A stretch of 64,000 nt of DNA from an uncultured Candidatus Saccharibacteria bacterium (GTDB lineage: Bacteria; Patescibacteriota; Saccharimonadia; Saccharimonadales; JAGQNJ01). The stretch is from assembly GCA_964565615.1 (NCBI GenBank), contig CAZMFO010000002.1:16824-80823 (forward strand). Direction: 5' to 3'. Of the stretch, positions 38,642 to 47,946 are shown piece by piece. The first letter of the stretch is position 1; every line of letters starts with the position of its first letter. The position numbers and the translations under genes are program-made. The notes under the pieces were generated by a model. That model did no database searches. It was not told where the DNA came from and was given only the letters and a program-made list of their open reading frames with translations.

Positions 38642-39047
38642 CTTGCCTCGCTCCCTACCATATTTTGTTTAACTAATTGTACATAAGTCCTAACCATAAC
38701 AACATATTGTCATAACGCTTATAAAAAGTCTAGTGGAAAACTATTCAATTTCTGTGGGAAACAAAAAACCCTCTTGTGGGGTCTCTCAAAACTCACAAAA
38801 GGGTTGATTGATAAGCTAACTTCGTTGTTACTTCGAGTCAGCCACTGCTAAACGGGGTCGCTGTATGCGATTAACAGACTTTCGACCTGTTACAAATACG
38901 AGCTCCTCGTAGAACAGCTTAAAGTCCTCTAACGGGGACTTTTGCTTATTGCTACTCAAAATAGAGTGCCTCGTTTAACTCAAACAGTGTATCAAGCTAC
39001 CCACATTATGTCAACTATTGTGGGTAAAAAATGATATAATCAGATTA

Positions 39048-40154
39048 ATGAGACCCACCGCAACAAACAGAGTATTTAATGTAATAAATACCATAAATGG
39101 TATAAGAACTGGCGTTTTATCAACTCATGCTGGAGATATTCTTACTCCAACTTTTATGCCAGACGGAACTCGCGGTGCAGTTAAAAGTTTAACTCCAGAA
39201 ATGGTGCAATCTACCGGTGTTGGTGCGGTGCTTGCAAATACATATCATTTGCATTTACAGCCGGGTGAGGATGTTATTGCAAATCTTGGTGGCTTACATA
39301 AGTTTACAAATCAATCACTACCACTTCTGACCGATTCTGGTGGGTTTCAGGTTTTTTCTTTGGCTCATATCAACAAGATTACAGAGGAGGGCGTAACTTT
39401 TAAAGATCCCAAAACGGGAGACACAATATTTTTGTCGCCAGAAAAGTCTATTCAAATACAGCTTAAATTAGGGGCTGATATGATGGTGGTTTTTGATGAT
39501 GTTACCGCTCTTGATGATAAGGGCAGAGATAGAACCCTAGAAGCTTTTGAGCGTACTCATCGTTGGCTAGAACGAAACATTGCTGAATTTAAAAAACTCA
39601 CTAAAAAAATGAGTCCTCAAGAAAAGCCTTTGTTGTTCGGTGTTGTTCAGGGTGGATTAAATAAAGATTTGCGCAAGAAAAGCCTGGAGCTAATTCAAGC
39701 AAGTGAAGTTGACGGAATTGCCATAGGTGGTTTATCGGTAGGGGAGTCGCGCGAAGAGATGCATAGTATGATTTCATACCTATCAACCCTATATGATAAC
39801 TCACCGAGACCAAGATTTTTACTAGGTGTAGGCGATCCTATTGATGTTAGGTATGGTATTGAGCATGGAATTGATATGTTTGATTGTGTGTTGCCAACCA
39901 GAAATGCTCGTCATGCAACTGTTTGGGTTACGGGCGATCAGCGTATTCATTTAACAAATAAAAAGTTCAACAATGATGATTCAGTCATTGATGATGCCTG
40001 CGATTGTTACACTTGTAAACAGGGGTTTAGTAAGGGCTTTTTAAGGCATCAATTTAAATCTGGCGAGCCTTTAGCCGGCACCTTAGCGTCAATCCATAAT
40101 ATTCGTTATCTCCAACGCATTTGTGAAGAATACCGGGTTACTAGAGGGAATTAA
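39048..40154 (+). CDS. tgt: queuine/preQ1 tRNA-ribosyltransferase
   Basis: TPTFMPDGT, LANTYHL, LLTDSGGFQVFS, VVQGG, IGGLSVGE, CDCYTC zinc motif. Start set to the ATG at 39048 after a tataat-like box (alternative TTG at 39018). Confidence 0.85.
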   Translation: MRPTATNRVFNVINTINGIRTGVLSTHAGDILTPTFMPDGTRGAVKSLTPEMVQSTGVGAVLANTYHLHLQPGEDVIANLGGLHKFTNQSLPLLTDSGGFQVFSLAHINKITEEGVTFKDPKTGDTIFLSPEKSIQIQLKLGADMMVVFDDVTALDDKGRDRTLEAFERTHRWLERNIAEFKKLTKKMSPQEKPLLFGVVQGGLNKDLRKKSLELIQASEVDGIAIGGLSVGESREEMHSMISYLSTLYDNSPRPRFLLGVGDPIDVRYGIEHGIDMFDCVLPTRNARHATVWVTGDQRIHLTNKKFNNDDSVIDDACDCYTCKQGFSKGFLRHQFKSGEPLAGTLASIHNIRYLQRICEEYRVTRGN

Positions 40155-40200
40155 TAAACAAAACTTGTATAAATACCCATAGTATGGTATTATAAAGTTC

Positions 40201-40749
40201 ATGAGTAAATACCCAGATGTGCCTCTTATTACTTGGAGCGATAAAGTTGTTGGAGAGGCACAACTGAGCGTTATTAGAGAACTAGAATTGCCAGCACGAG
40301 TCGCCAGAGTATTCATGCTTAATGACGATGGTGAGATACTGTTACAAAAGCGTAGCGAAAGTGTGAATAATCCCGGATTAACTGATTGTGTGGATGGTTG
40401 GGTTGATATAACTGATAAATCAAAAAAAGGCGAAGTTGGTGACTATTGGGCTGCCGCAGAGCGTGAAACACAAGAAGAGCTCGGTATTGAAGTAGGTGGG
40501 AAGCTACAGGTTATTGGCTACTATCTATTGAGAGGTACTGTTGAAATTCCTGAGTGGACAAAACTCTATGTTGCTCCATATAAAGAAACAGACGGTGAGG
40601 TTAAACCAAACGATGAAGTTCAAGAAGTCTTTTGGGTGAGACCTGAAGATGCTCTAAAATGGAGTGAGAAACAACCGGAGGTATTTGAACCAGGCGCTCG
40701 TTTAGCTATTCAGAAACTCAACATTTTTTTGGAGAGCCAGAATTATTAA
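40201..40749 (+). CDS. NUDIX hydrolase
   Basis: Nudix-box-like G...AAERETQEELGI. Confidence 0.6.
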   Translation: MSKYPDVPLITWSDKVVGEAQLSVIRELELPARVARVFMLNDDGEILLQKRSESVNNPGLTDCVDGWVDITDKSKKGEVGDYWAAAERETQEELGIEVGGKLQVIGYYLLRGTVEIPEWTKLYVAPYKETDGEVKPNDEVQEVFWVRPEDALKWSEKQPEVFEPGARLAIQKLNIFLESQNY

Positions 40750-40815
40750 GATCAATAATTACAATTGAATAACTAGAAGTAATTCTGTAAAATTACATCT
40801 GTTAGTTATTAGTGG

Positions 40816-40892
40816 GGGCGGTTAGCTCATTTGGCTAGAGCGCAACATTGACGTTGTTGAGGTGACAGGTTCGAATCCTGTACCGCCCACCA
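40816..40892 (+). tRNA. tRNA-Val (anticodon GAC), CCA encoded
   Basis: Acceptor gggcggt/accgccc, anticodon stem caaca/tgttg, loop ttGACgt, T-loop ttcgaat. Followed by the hairpin cagtcgcc...ggcgactg plus a T-run. Confidence 0.85.
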
Positions 40893-41268
40893 ATTGCGAA
40901 AATTCATCAACCAGTCGCCGGAGTTGATAGGCGACTGATTTTAATATAACGATGAACATATATCAACTATGTCTGGAATTGCAAAACTGTCTATCAAAAG
41001 CACTACAGGTTACTAAATAAGTATTGATGTTGCGTGCATATTTATCGTCAAACAGTTCAAAAAACAGATATAAACATGGTGTTATTATAACAATAATAAA
41101 GTACTAGCATTTTAATACTAGCTTGTATATACTATCTATTTGTAAGGTGGCTTTTTGCCGAGGTGTGTTATAAAACACACTTATTAGTACCGTTTGAATG
41201 TATTTGCGAGAACATTAAAGCGGTACTTTTTATTTTACCTCTGTTAAATATAGTGTATTATAGAGTTA

Positions 41269-43113
41269 ATGAGTGAGATAAAAGATAATTTGTACGCTAT
41301 GAGGCACTCGTTGGCGCATATTATGGCGACAGCAATTCAGCAAAAGTGGCCAGACGCCAAATTTGGTGTAGGCCCAGTGGTAGAAAATGGGTTTTATTAC
41401 GATGTTGATCTTGGCGAAGTAAAGATTTCGGAAGAAGATTTTGCGACATTAGAAAAAGTGATGCACAAAATAATTAAAGCTAACGATACTTTTGAAAAAT
41501 TTGAATTGCCGATAGATAAAGCAATTGACTGGGCAGAGGAAAATAACCAACCTTATAAGCAAGAATTGTTAAATGACTTAAAGCGCTCCGGAACGACACT
41601 AGCCAAAGATCTTGATAAAGATGAACTTGGAGCAATCGCTGGCGAAGATTCGGCAGTCAAAAAAGTCTCCTTTTATAAAAACGGCGGTTTTACTGATTTA
41701 TGTCGAGGGCCACACATAGAGAGTACTGGCAATGTTGGCGCATTTAAGTTAATGCGTGTCAGTGGTGCGTATTGGCGTGGTAAAGAAGATAATCCGCAAA
41801 TGCAACGCATCTACGGTGTAGCGTTCAAAACAGACAAAGAACTTCGAACATATTTGAATATGCTCGAGGAAGCTAAAAAGCGCGATCATCGTAAGCTTGG
41901 CCAAGAACTAGATTTGTTTACCTTTTCTGATATGGTTGGTGGTGGCTTAACCTTATGGACTCCAAAAGGGACTTATTTAAGAAGAGGGCTGGATAACTTT
42001 ATTCAAGAAATGCGTGATGAATATGGTTATCAGGAAGTAACATCGCCTCATATTACTAAAAAAGAACTGTTCGAAACGAGTGGGCATTGGGCAAAATTTT
42101 CTGAAGAGTTGTTTAAGATAAAGACCAGAGAAGGGCACGAGTTTGCTATGAAGCCAATGAGTTGTCCAATGCACGCACAGATTTACGCTAGTCGTCCACG
42201 CTCGTACCGCGAGCTACCTATTAGATACAGAGAAACGGCTTTTGTATATCGTGATGAGCAAAGTGGCGAGTTGGCTGGTTTGTCTAGAGTTCGGTGTATT
42301 ACGCAAGATGATGCACATGTATTTTGTCGGACCGGTCAAGTAGTAGGGGAGGCTCTTAAAATTTGGGATATTGTTGACCGGTTTTATAAGACGCTGGGCT
42401 TTAGTGATTTGAGGGTTCGATTTTCTACCCATAGCAAAGATGAAATGGCATCGTACGCTGGTAGCGAACAAGATTGGCTAACGGCAGAAAGCCAGCTACT
42501 TGAGATAATTAAAGATAAAGTGGGTGATAATTATGCGTTGGGCGTTGGAGAGGCAGCATTTTATGGTCCAAAAATAGATTTTATGTCGCGTGATGCACTT
42601 GGTAGAGAATGGCAGGTTGCGACCATACAGCTAGATTTTAATCAACCAGAGAGCTTTAATTTAACTTGTGCAAACGAAAAGGGTGATGATGAGCGAATCT
42701 TGATGATTCATGCTGCCATTATGGGTTCGATAGAACGATTTTTGAGCGTTTATATTGAACATACGGCTGGTAGGTTTCCTATTTGGCTTGCATCCGAACA
42801 GCTTAGAATAATTACTGTTAATCAAGAAGAAGAAACGGTGGCTTTTGCTGAAGGTATTGTTAAAAAAGCTAAAGAATTGGGTGTTAGGGTTTATTTGGAT
42901 AACGATAACGAATCCGTTGGCAAGAAAATACGCCAAGCCGAACTCCAAAAAGTGCCACTATCTATTGTGATAGGTCAAAAAGAGATAGATTCAGGCGAAG
43001 TTACGCCGAGGGTACGACAAGATTTGGAAGCCTCAGGCAGTTACGGAAAAACTATTAAAGCAGAGCAGTTGCTAAGCACTGTTGTAGAGGACTCAACAAA
43101 GCGCAAAAAATGA
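41269..43113 (+). CDS. thrS: threonyl-tRNA synthetase (lacks the N-terminal TGS domain)
   Basis: Editing-domain HSLAHIMA, class II motifs (FRDEQSGELAGLSRVRCITQDDAH, GEAAFYGPKIDF), C-terminal anticodon-binding region. Confidence 0.9.
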   Translation: MSEIKDNLYAMRHSLAHIMATAIQQKWPDAKFGVGPVVENGFYYDVDLGEVKISEEDFATLEKVMHKIIKANDTFEKFELPIDKAIDWAEENNQPYKQELLNDLKRSGTTLAKDLDKDELGAIAGEDSAVKKVSFYKNGGFTDLCRGPHIESTGNVGAFKLMRVSGAYWRGKEDNPQMQRIYGVAFKTDKELRTYLNMLEEAKKRDHRKLGQELDLFTFSDMVGGGLTLWTPKGTYLRRGLDNFIQEMRDEYGYQEVTSPHITKKELFETSGHWAKFSEELFKIKTREGHEFAMKPMSCPMHAQIYASRPRSYRELPIRYRETAFVYRDEQSGELAGLSRVRCITQDDAHVFCRTGQVVGEALKIWDIVDRFYKTLGFSDLRVRFSTHSKDEMASYAGSEQDWLTAESQLLEIIKDKVGDNYALGVGEAAFYGPKIDFMSRDALGREWQVATIQLDFNQPESFNLTCANEKGDDERILMIHAAIMGSIERFLSVYIEHTAGRFPIWLASEQLRIITVNQEEETVAFAEGIVKKAKELGVRVYLDNDNESVGKKIRQAELQKVPLSIVIGQKEIDSGEVTPRVRQDLEASGSYGKTIKAEQLLSTVVEDSTKRKK

Positions 43114-43382
43114 ATAAATTTACAAAAATTGGTATTATTTGTTTTATTATTGCGGGTTTGGCAATGGTTATGTTGCCACTAAGCGTTATTCCTGCATATA
43201 ATTTGGCCGATAATACTGTCGTCAGCAAAGAAAGTGCCTTACGGCAGCTCGACCAGATAAAATTAATAACTAATATCTTAATAAGTATGTCGTGGATGTT
43301 GCCAATTTTAGGCACCTCATTGATTATTTTTGGTGTATCAAAAAAGAAGAGCACTAAAAAAAGTACAAAAAAATCTAAATAA
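43110..43382 (+). CDS. small membrane protein
   Basis: 90 aa, two TM segments, Lys-rich tail; ATGA overlap with thrS. Confidence 0.35.
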   Translation: MNKFTKIGIICFIIAGLAMVMLPLSVIPAYNLADNTVVSKESALRQLDQIKLITNILISMSWMLPILGTSLIIFGVSKKKSTKKSTKKSK

Positions 43383-43422
43383 GCTGACTTATAATACTGT
43401 TGTTAATAATAGCGGTGGTATA

Positions 43423-44025
43423 ATGTTCAAGATGAGAAAAGAGGTAATCGCAACAGACATTGATGAGGTGTTGTTTCCATTTGTAGAGACATTCTCTGGG
43501 TGGCACAATCAAGAATACGGGACTAACTTGAGTAGAGATGATTTTAATAGTTATGAGTTTAACGATACTTTAGGTGTTTCGGTTCCAGAGACTGTTCATC
43601 GAGTTCATCAGTTTTTGTCTATGGATCATCATCTTCAAGGTGTTGAGCCACTTGAGCATTCTATGTCGGCCGTTGCTAAACTTAGCGAAGTATATGGTTT
43701 AAAGGCAGTTACTGCCAGGCGTCCTCAATTTGAAGGGACTACCTCCGAATACATTTTGCATTATTTTGAGCGAAATATAGGCGAAGTAACATTAGTAGGC
43801 ACTAAAGCGACAATGGGTGAGGCTAGATCAAAAGCGGAGGTTTGTACTGAACTTGGAGCTATTGCCCTGATAGATGATTCTATCGAACATGTTAGAGGTT
43901 GTGCAGAGGTTGGTGTTAGAGGTATATTATTCGGTGACTATCCATGGAACAGGGGTGATTTATTGCCTGACGGCGTAATACGACATACTAATTGGGTCGG
44001 AGTTTTGAGGCATTTTGGTGTTTGA
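43423..44025 (+). CDS. HAD-superfamily 5'(3')-deoxyribonucleotidase-like protein
   Basis: ATDIDEVL (DxDxV/T nucleophile motif), IDDS motif near the C-terminus; start set after the end of the upstream gene. Confidence 0.5.
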   Translation: MFKMRKEVIATDIDEVLFPFVETFSGWHNQEYGTNLSRDDFNSYEFNDTLGVSVPETVHRVHQFLSMDHHLQGVEPLEHSMSAVAKLSEVYGLKAVTARRPQFEGTTSEYILHYFERNIGEVTLVGTKATMGEARSKAEVCTELGAIALIDDSIEHVRGCAEVGVRGILFGDYPWNRGDLLPDGVIRHTNWVGVLRHFGV

Positions 44026-44329
44026 TAAACAGAATTTTCGGCAAGAAGTAGAAGCTTTGGTGTCTCAAATCCCAAAGGGTAGGGCAATGACTTATGGGCA
44101 GATCGCAGGGCTTTGTGGAAGTCCAAAGTCTGCCAGAATCGTTGGTGGAATTGCACATTTCGGCAACCCGGAGTTACCATGGCATCGGGTAGTTAATAAA
44201 AATGGCGGTTTAGCGTCTGGTTATCCAGGGGGCAAGGAGGGGCATAAGCAAGTGCTTGAACAAGAAGGCTACGAAGTTAATGATTATAAGGTAGATATAA
44301 AAAGGACAATTTGGTGGCCAAAACAATAA
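44015..44329 (+). CDS. alkyltransferase-like (ATL) protein, i.e. an MGMT DNA-binding domain without the acceptor cysteine
   Basis: YGQIAGLCGSPKSARIVGG...PWHRVVN: the canonical PCHRV is replaced by PWHRV. Confidence 0.7.
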   Translation: MVFDKQNFRQEVEALVSQIPKGRAMTYGQIAGLCGSPKSARIVGGIAHFGNPELPWHRVVNKNGGLASGYPGGKEGHKQVLEQEGYEVNDYKVDIKRTIWWPKQ

Positions 44330-45090
44330 GCCCTTTAGTAGTTATTGTTGGCGAGACGGCTAGCGGTAAAAGTGATCTAGCGATGTTGTTGGCACAACAA
44401 TTTAATGGTGAGATTATTTCGGCTGATTCGCGAGCAATCTATCGTGGTATGGATATCGGTACAGCAAAGCCTTCTCGGCTAGACCAAGCAAAAATAAAGC
44501 ATCATTTAATAGATATTATTAATCCAGATGAACGCTATTCGGCTCTTCAATTCAAGGCTGATGCCTTGAAGGCTATTGATGATATTGCAAGTCGTAGGAA
44601 ATTGCCTATTTTGGTAGGAGGAACAGGCTTATATGTCGACTCGGTTATTTTTGATTATCAGTTTGAAGGCGATAAAAATATACGGAGTAAAGTTAATCCA
44701 CGCCACGCATTGCCAAGTAAGCATATTAAGCAGTTAAAAAAGATGCGAGATAATACTTTAGTCATTGGTATTTTAAGAAGTAGAGACGAGTTGGACATCA
44801 GGATAGAACAGCGTATTTCAACAATGATAAACGATGGTTTGATTGATGAGGTATCTAGACTGGCTGATAAATACGGTACAGATATTGAGCCAATGACGGG
44901 TATAGGATACAAAACTTTTGTGAAGTACCTAAGAGGAGGAATCGGTATTAACCAAGCTAAAGAGGAGTTTATTCGAGGTGATAAATTACTCGCAAAGCGC
45001 CAACGAACATGGTTTAAGCGTAATAAAAGTATTCATTGGATTAACGAACAGAGCCAAGCCGTTGAGCTTGTAACAACACTATTGAAATAA
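44311..45090 (+). CDS. miaA: tRNA dimethylallyltransferase
   Basis: VIVGETASGKSDLA P-loop, ISADSRAIYRGMDIGTAKP, HHLID, GGTGLY. Confidence 0.85.
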   Translation: MVAKTISPLVVIVGETASGKSDLAMLLAQQFNGEIISADSRAIYRGMDIGTAKPSRLDQAKIKHHLIDIINPDERYSALQFKADALKAIDDIASRRKLPILVGGTGLYVDSVIFDYQFEGDKNIRSKVNPRHALPSKHIKQLKKMRDNTLVIGILRSRDELDIRIEQRISTMINDGLIDEVSRLADKYGTDIEPMTGIGYKTFVKYLRGGIGINQAKEEFIRGDKLLAKRQRTWFKRNKSIHWINEQSQAVELVTTLLK

Positions 45091-45119
45091 ATTGTATTCT
45101 TTTCTGGTACAATAAAACT

Positions 45120-45725
45120 ATGGTTGAACAACTGTTTGGGTCGAAAACTAGGGTGAAGCTGTTGCAGTTATTTTTATCTAATCCTAATCGGTCCTTTTAT
45201 GTCCGAGAAATAACACGAAAGATTGACGAACAAATTAACTCGGTTCGCAGAGAACTAGCTAATTTGTTGAGTATCGGAATAATATCCTCAGATAATAACA
45301 ATAACAAATTGTATTATGAGGTTAATCAAAAGTATGAACATTACCATGCATTATCTAGCATTTTTGGTAAGGGGTCTGCCACACAGATTGCTAATGATGA
45401 GGGTGTAAGTAGCGAAGGCGACGATGTCGCAGAGCTTAAGAAGACAGGCAATATAGAAGCAGTAGTTTTGACAGGTCAGTTTACTAGAGACGAATCCTCT
45501 GGTATTGATATGTTGGTCATAGGAGATGTTAATCAGTCTAAGTTGAGCAGGTATATTTCTCAACTAGAGAAAAAAGAGGGCAAGGACATTAGATATGCTG
45601 TTTTTCTGCCGAGTGAATTTGAATATCGTCAGCAGATTAATGATAGATTTTTGACTAATTTGTTGGTATCAAAAAAACAAATTTTAATTGATAAGAAAAG
45701 TCGTTTTAGTAAGAAAGGTAGTTAG
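45120..45725 (+). CDS. putative winged-helix transcriptional regulator
   Basis: N-terminal LFGSKTRVKLLQLFLSNPNRSFYVREITRKIDEQINSVRRELANL wHTH-like pattern. Confidence 0.4.
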   Translation: MVEQLFGSKTRVKLLQLFLSNPNRSFYVREITRKIDEQINSVRRELANLLSIGIISSDNNNNKLYYEVNQKYEHYHALSSIFGKGSATQIANDEGVSSEGDDVAELKKTGNIEAVVLTGQFTRDESSGIDMLVIGDVNQSKLSRYISQLEKKEGKDIRYAVFLPSEFEYRQQINDRFLTNLLVSKKQILIDKKSRFSKKGS

Positions 45726-45727
45726 GT

Positions 45728-46357
45728 ATGGAGTTTCAGTATTTTGGTGGAAATTGTGTTCGGATTTTAACAAAAGATGTGTCGGTTGTTGTTGATGATA
45801 ACTTATCCGAGCTAGGTCAAAAGAGTCAAGCTAAAATGGGCGACATATTGATTTATTCAGGAGCACATTCAGAGCCAAGCGTAGAAGCAAAGATGGTTAT
45901 TGATCAACCGGGAGAATACGAAGTTTCAAAAATGTCTATAATTGGTCTTTCTGCTAGAGCTCATATGGATGAGGAGGGACATAAAACAGCAACTGTTTAT
46001 AAGCTCGTTGCCGAAGATATTAAGGTACTTATTGTGGGGCATATTTACCCTGATTTATCAGAAGCCCAGCTTGAGACGATCGGGCTAATTGATATTATGG
46101 TCATACCGGTAGGTGGGAACGGATATACTTTAGATGGTGTCGGGGCATTAAAGATTATCAAGAGCATAGAGCCAAAGGTGATTATTCCCGTACACTATGC
46201 CGATAAACAGTTAAATTATCCTGTTGCACAACAAGAGTTAGGTGTATTTCTGCATAGTTTAGGTATGGAGCCCAAGGAGTCTCTGGCTAAGTTTAAGGTT
46301 AAAAGTGGCGACCTGCTTGATATTGCTACTTATGTTGTAGTTCTGGAGCGACAGTAA
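45728..46357 (+). CDS. MBL-fold (UPF0173-like) hydrolase
   Basis: Size and the pattern FQYFGGNCVRI...VDD...IPVGG...PVHY; the metal-ligand motif is not clear. Confidence 0.4.
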   Translation: MEFQYFGGNCVRILTKDVSVVVDDNLSELGQKSQAKMGDILIYSGAHSEPSVEAKMVIDQPGEYEVSKMSIIGLSARAHMDEEGHKTATVYKLVAEDIKVLIVGHIYPDLSEAQLETIGLIDIMVIPVGGNGYTLDGVGALKIIKSIEPKVIIPVHYADKQLNYPVAQQELGVFLHSLGMEPKESLAKFKVKSGDLLDIATYVVVLERQ

Positions 46358-46436
46358 CCTCTCGAAGCCCATTTGGGTAGTTATTATATTCTAGTATAGC
46401 GTAGAGTGCTTCTCTAAACAGTTTTTTGAGGAGCAT

Positions 46437-46634
46437 CTAATTAATTGTAATAACACCTTTTTTCTTAAGGGTACGAATTGCTTGTGTGCTTAACTTCATT
46501 TTTGCTTTTTTGCCATCAATAACTAAGGTTTTTGTTTGAAGATTGGGCTTCCAGACTTTTTTGGTGTGTCGTTGCGAGAAGCTAATGTTGCTCCCAAATT
46601 GCTTGCCCTTACCAGTTAATTCACATTTTTGCAT
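46437..46634 (-). CDS. rpmB: 50S ribosomal protein bL28
   Basis: MQKCELTGKGKQFGSNISFSQRHTKKVWKPNLQ. Confidence 0.85.
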   Translation of the reverse strand: MQKCELTGKGKQFGSNISFSQRHTKKVWKPNLQTKTLVIDGKKAKMKLSTQAIRTLKKKGVITIN

Positions 46635-46713
46635 AACAGGGGTATATTGTACACACTTAGTTTCTTTAAGTCAACTATAATAAGATAGGAATAACTGATA
46701 TACTAGAATTGTA

Positions 46714-47340
46714 ATGATTGCAGAACTTGGTTTAATAGGGGTGGCGGTTTTTTTACTAATGCTAATAATCTCTTTGAGTTTTCATGAGGCGATGCATGCT
46801 TTTGCTTCTCATTGGCTTGGCGATACAACCGCTAAAGATTTGGGACGGTTAACACTTAATCCATTAAAACATATAGACCCATTTACAACATTCATTTTGC
46901 CTTTGTTCTTATTATTGCTAGGATTGCCTCCGTTTTTGATTGCTAAACCAGTGCCATTTAATCCGTATAGGGTTAAATATGGTGATTATGGAGCGGCATT
47001 GGTAGGCATTGCTGGGCCGTTAAGTAATTTTTTGTTAGCTTTAGTTGGAGTATCCGTAGTACGACTCTTGGGCGTTGCTGTTGGTACAACAATGTATTCA
47101 TTTTGTAGCTTATTCATTCAACTTAACATAGCAGTTTTTGTGTTCAATATGATTCCATTCCCGCCACTTGATGGATCGAGAGTGCTTTATGCCTTTGCTC
47201 CTGATCCACTAAGAAAGATTATGCAACAGATAGAATCATTTGGGTTAATGGGTATTTTTATGTTTATGTTTTTGCTGTTCCCCTTGTTAATCCCAATCGT
47301 CAACTATCTAAACAGTTTTTTCTTCCAAGTATTGTTATAG
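46714..47340 (+). CDS. site-2 protease family (M50) membrane metalloprotease
   Basis: HEAMHA (HExxH) within a TM helix, later PPLDGSRV motif, multiple TMs. Confidence 0.65.
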   Translation: MIAELGLIGVAVFLLMLIISLSFHEAMHAFASHWLGDTTAKDLGRLTLNPLKHIDPFTTFILPLFLLLLGLPPFLIAKPVPFNPYRVKYGDYGAALVGIAGPLSNFLLALVGVSVVRLLGVAVGTTMYSFCSLFIQLNIAVFVFNMIPFPPLDGSRVLYAFAPDPLRKIMQQIESFGLMGIFMFMFLLFPLLIPIVNYLNSFFFQVLL

Positions 47341-47508
47341 AATAATATTGCAAAGAGTTATAATAGAGTGGTCAAGTTATCGTCCGTATATGATTATCTA
47401 ACACAATCTGATAGGGATTTTAATACCATATAAATCGTGGTTTATGTGTGCAAAAACCCACCTAGATAAATCAGATTAATCAAGGGCGATAGCTTGACTT
47501 TAGGTTTT

Positions 47509-47585
47509 CGGGGTGTGGCGCAGTTGGCTAGCGCGTACGGCTGGGGGCCGTGAGGTCGCAGGTTCAAGTCCTGTCACCCCGACCA
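47509..47585 (+). tRNA. tRNA-Pro (anticodon GGG), CCA encoded; left boundary of the second island
   Basis: Acceptor cggggtg/caccccg, anticodon stem tacgg/ccgtg, loop ctGGGgg, T-arm gcagg-ttcaagt-cctgt. Confidence 0.85.
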
Positions 47586-47708
47586 AAAATGGACTAATTT
47601 CAGAATTGCGGCGCAAATGTGCCGTTTTTTCTTTGGCGGCACGGAGTGCCGACCAAAGAAAAAAGAGTGCTTTCGCACTCAATGTCCGAAAAGAGTCCTG
47701 AAATGGTC

Positions 47709-47928
47709 TCCCTCTACAACGAGGCTAGAGCCTATTTTATGGCAAAAAGCTGATTGCGAGAATGGTCGCTTCGCCCCGACCGCCTGTTCCAGCTAAGGCT
47801 GGAACGCCCCCGCCAGAAAGTCGCCCTTTAACTATTTAGATTACCCCGCCAATTCCATATTTTTAATGGAAAAGGCCGGATTTTCTGTCGGTTCGCCTGC
47901 GCTAAAGCGCAGAGACGGACGGGGCTTC
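47709..47928 (-). repeat. B-type repeat arm (copy C), imperfect inverted partner of 49604-49823
   Basis: The reverse complement aligns by eye with 49604-49823, with scattered substitutions and a few small indels; both end in cctcgttgYAtagggaGACCA. Confidence 0.8.
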
Positions 47929-47946
47929 TTTTGTTATTATTAAAGT

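Noticed and set aside
47500-47701. 60-62-aa ORFs on both strands across tRNA-Pro and the adjacent repeat arm
   Set aside because: They overlap a canonical tRNA and a repeat. The only frame with family conservation is the recombinase-tail frame, reported separately.
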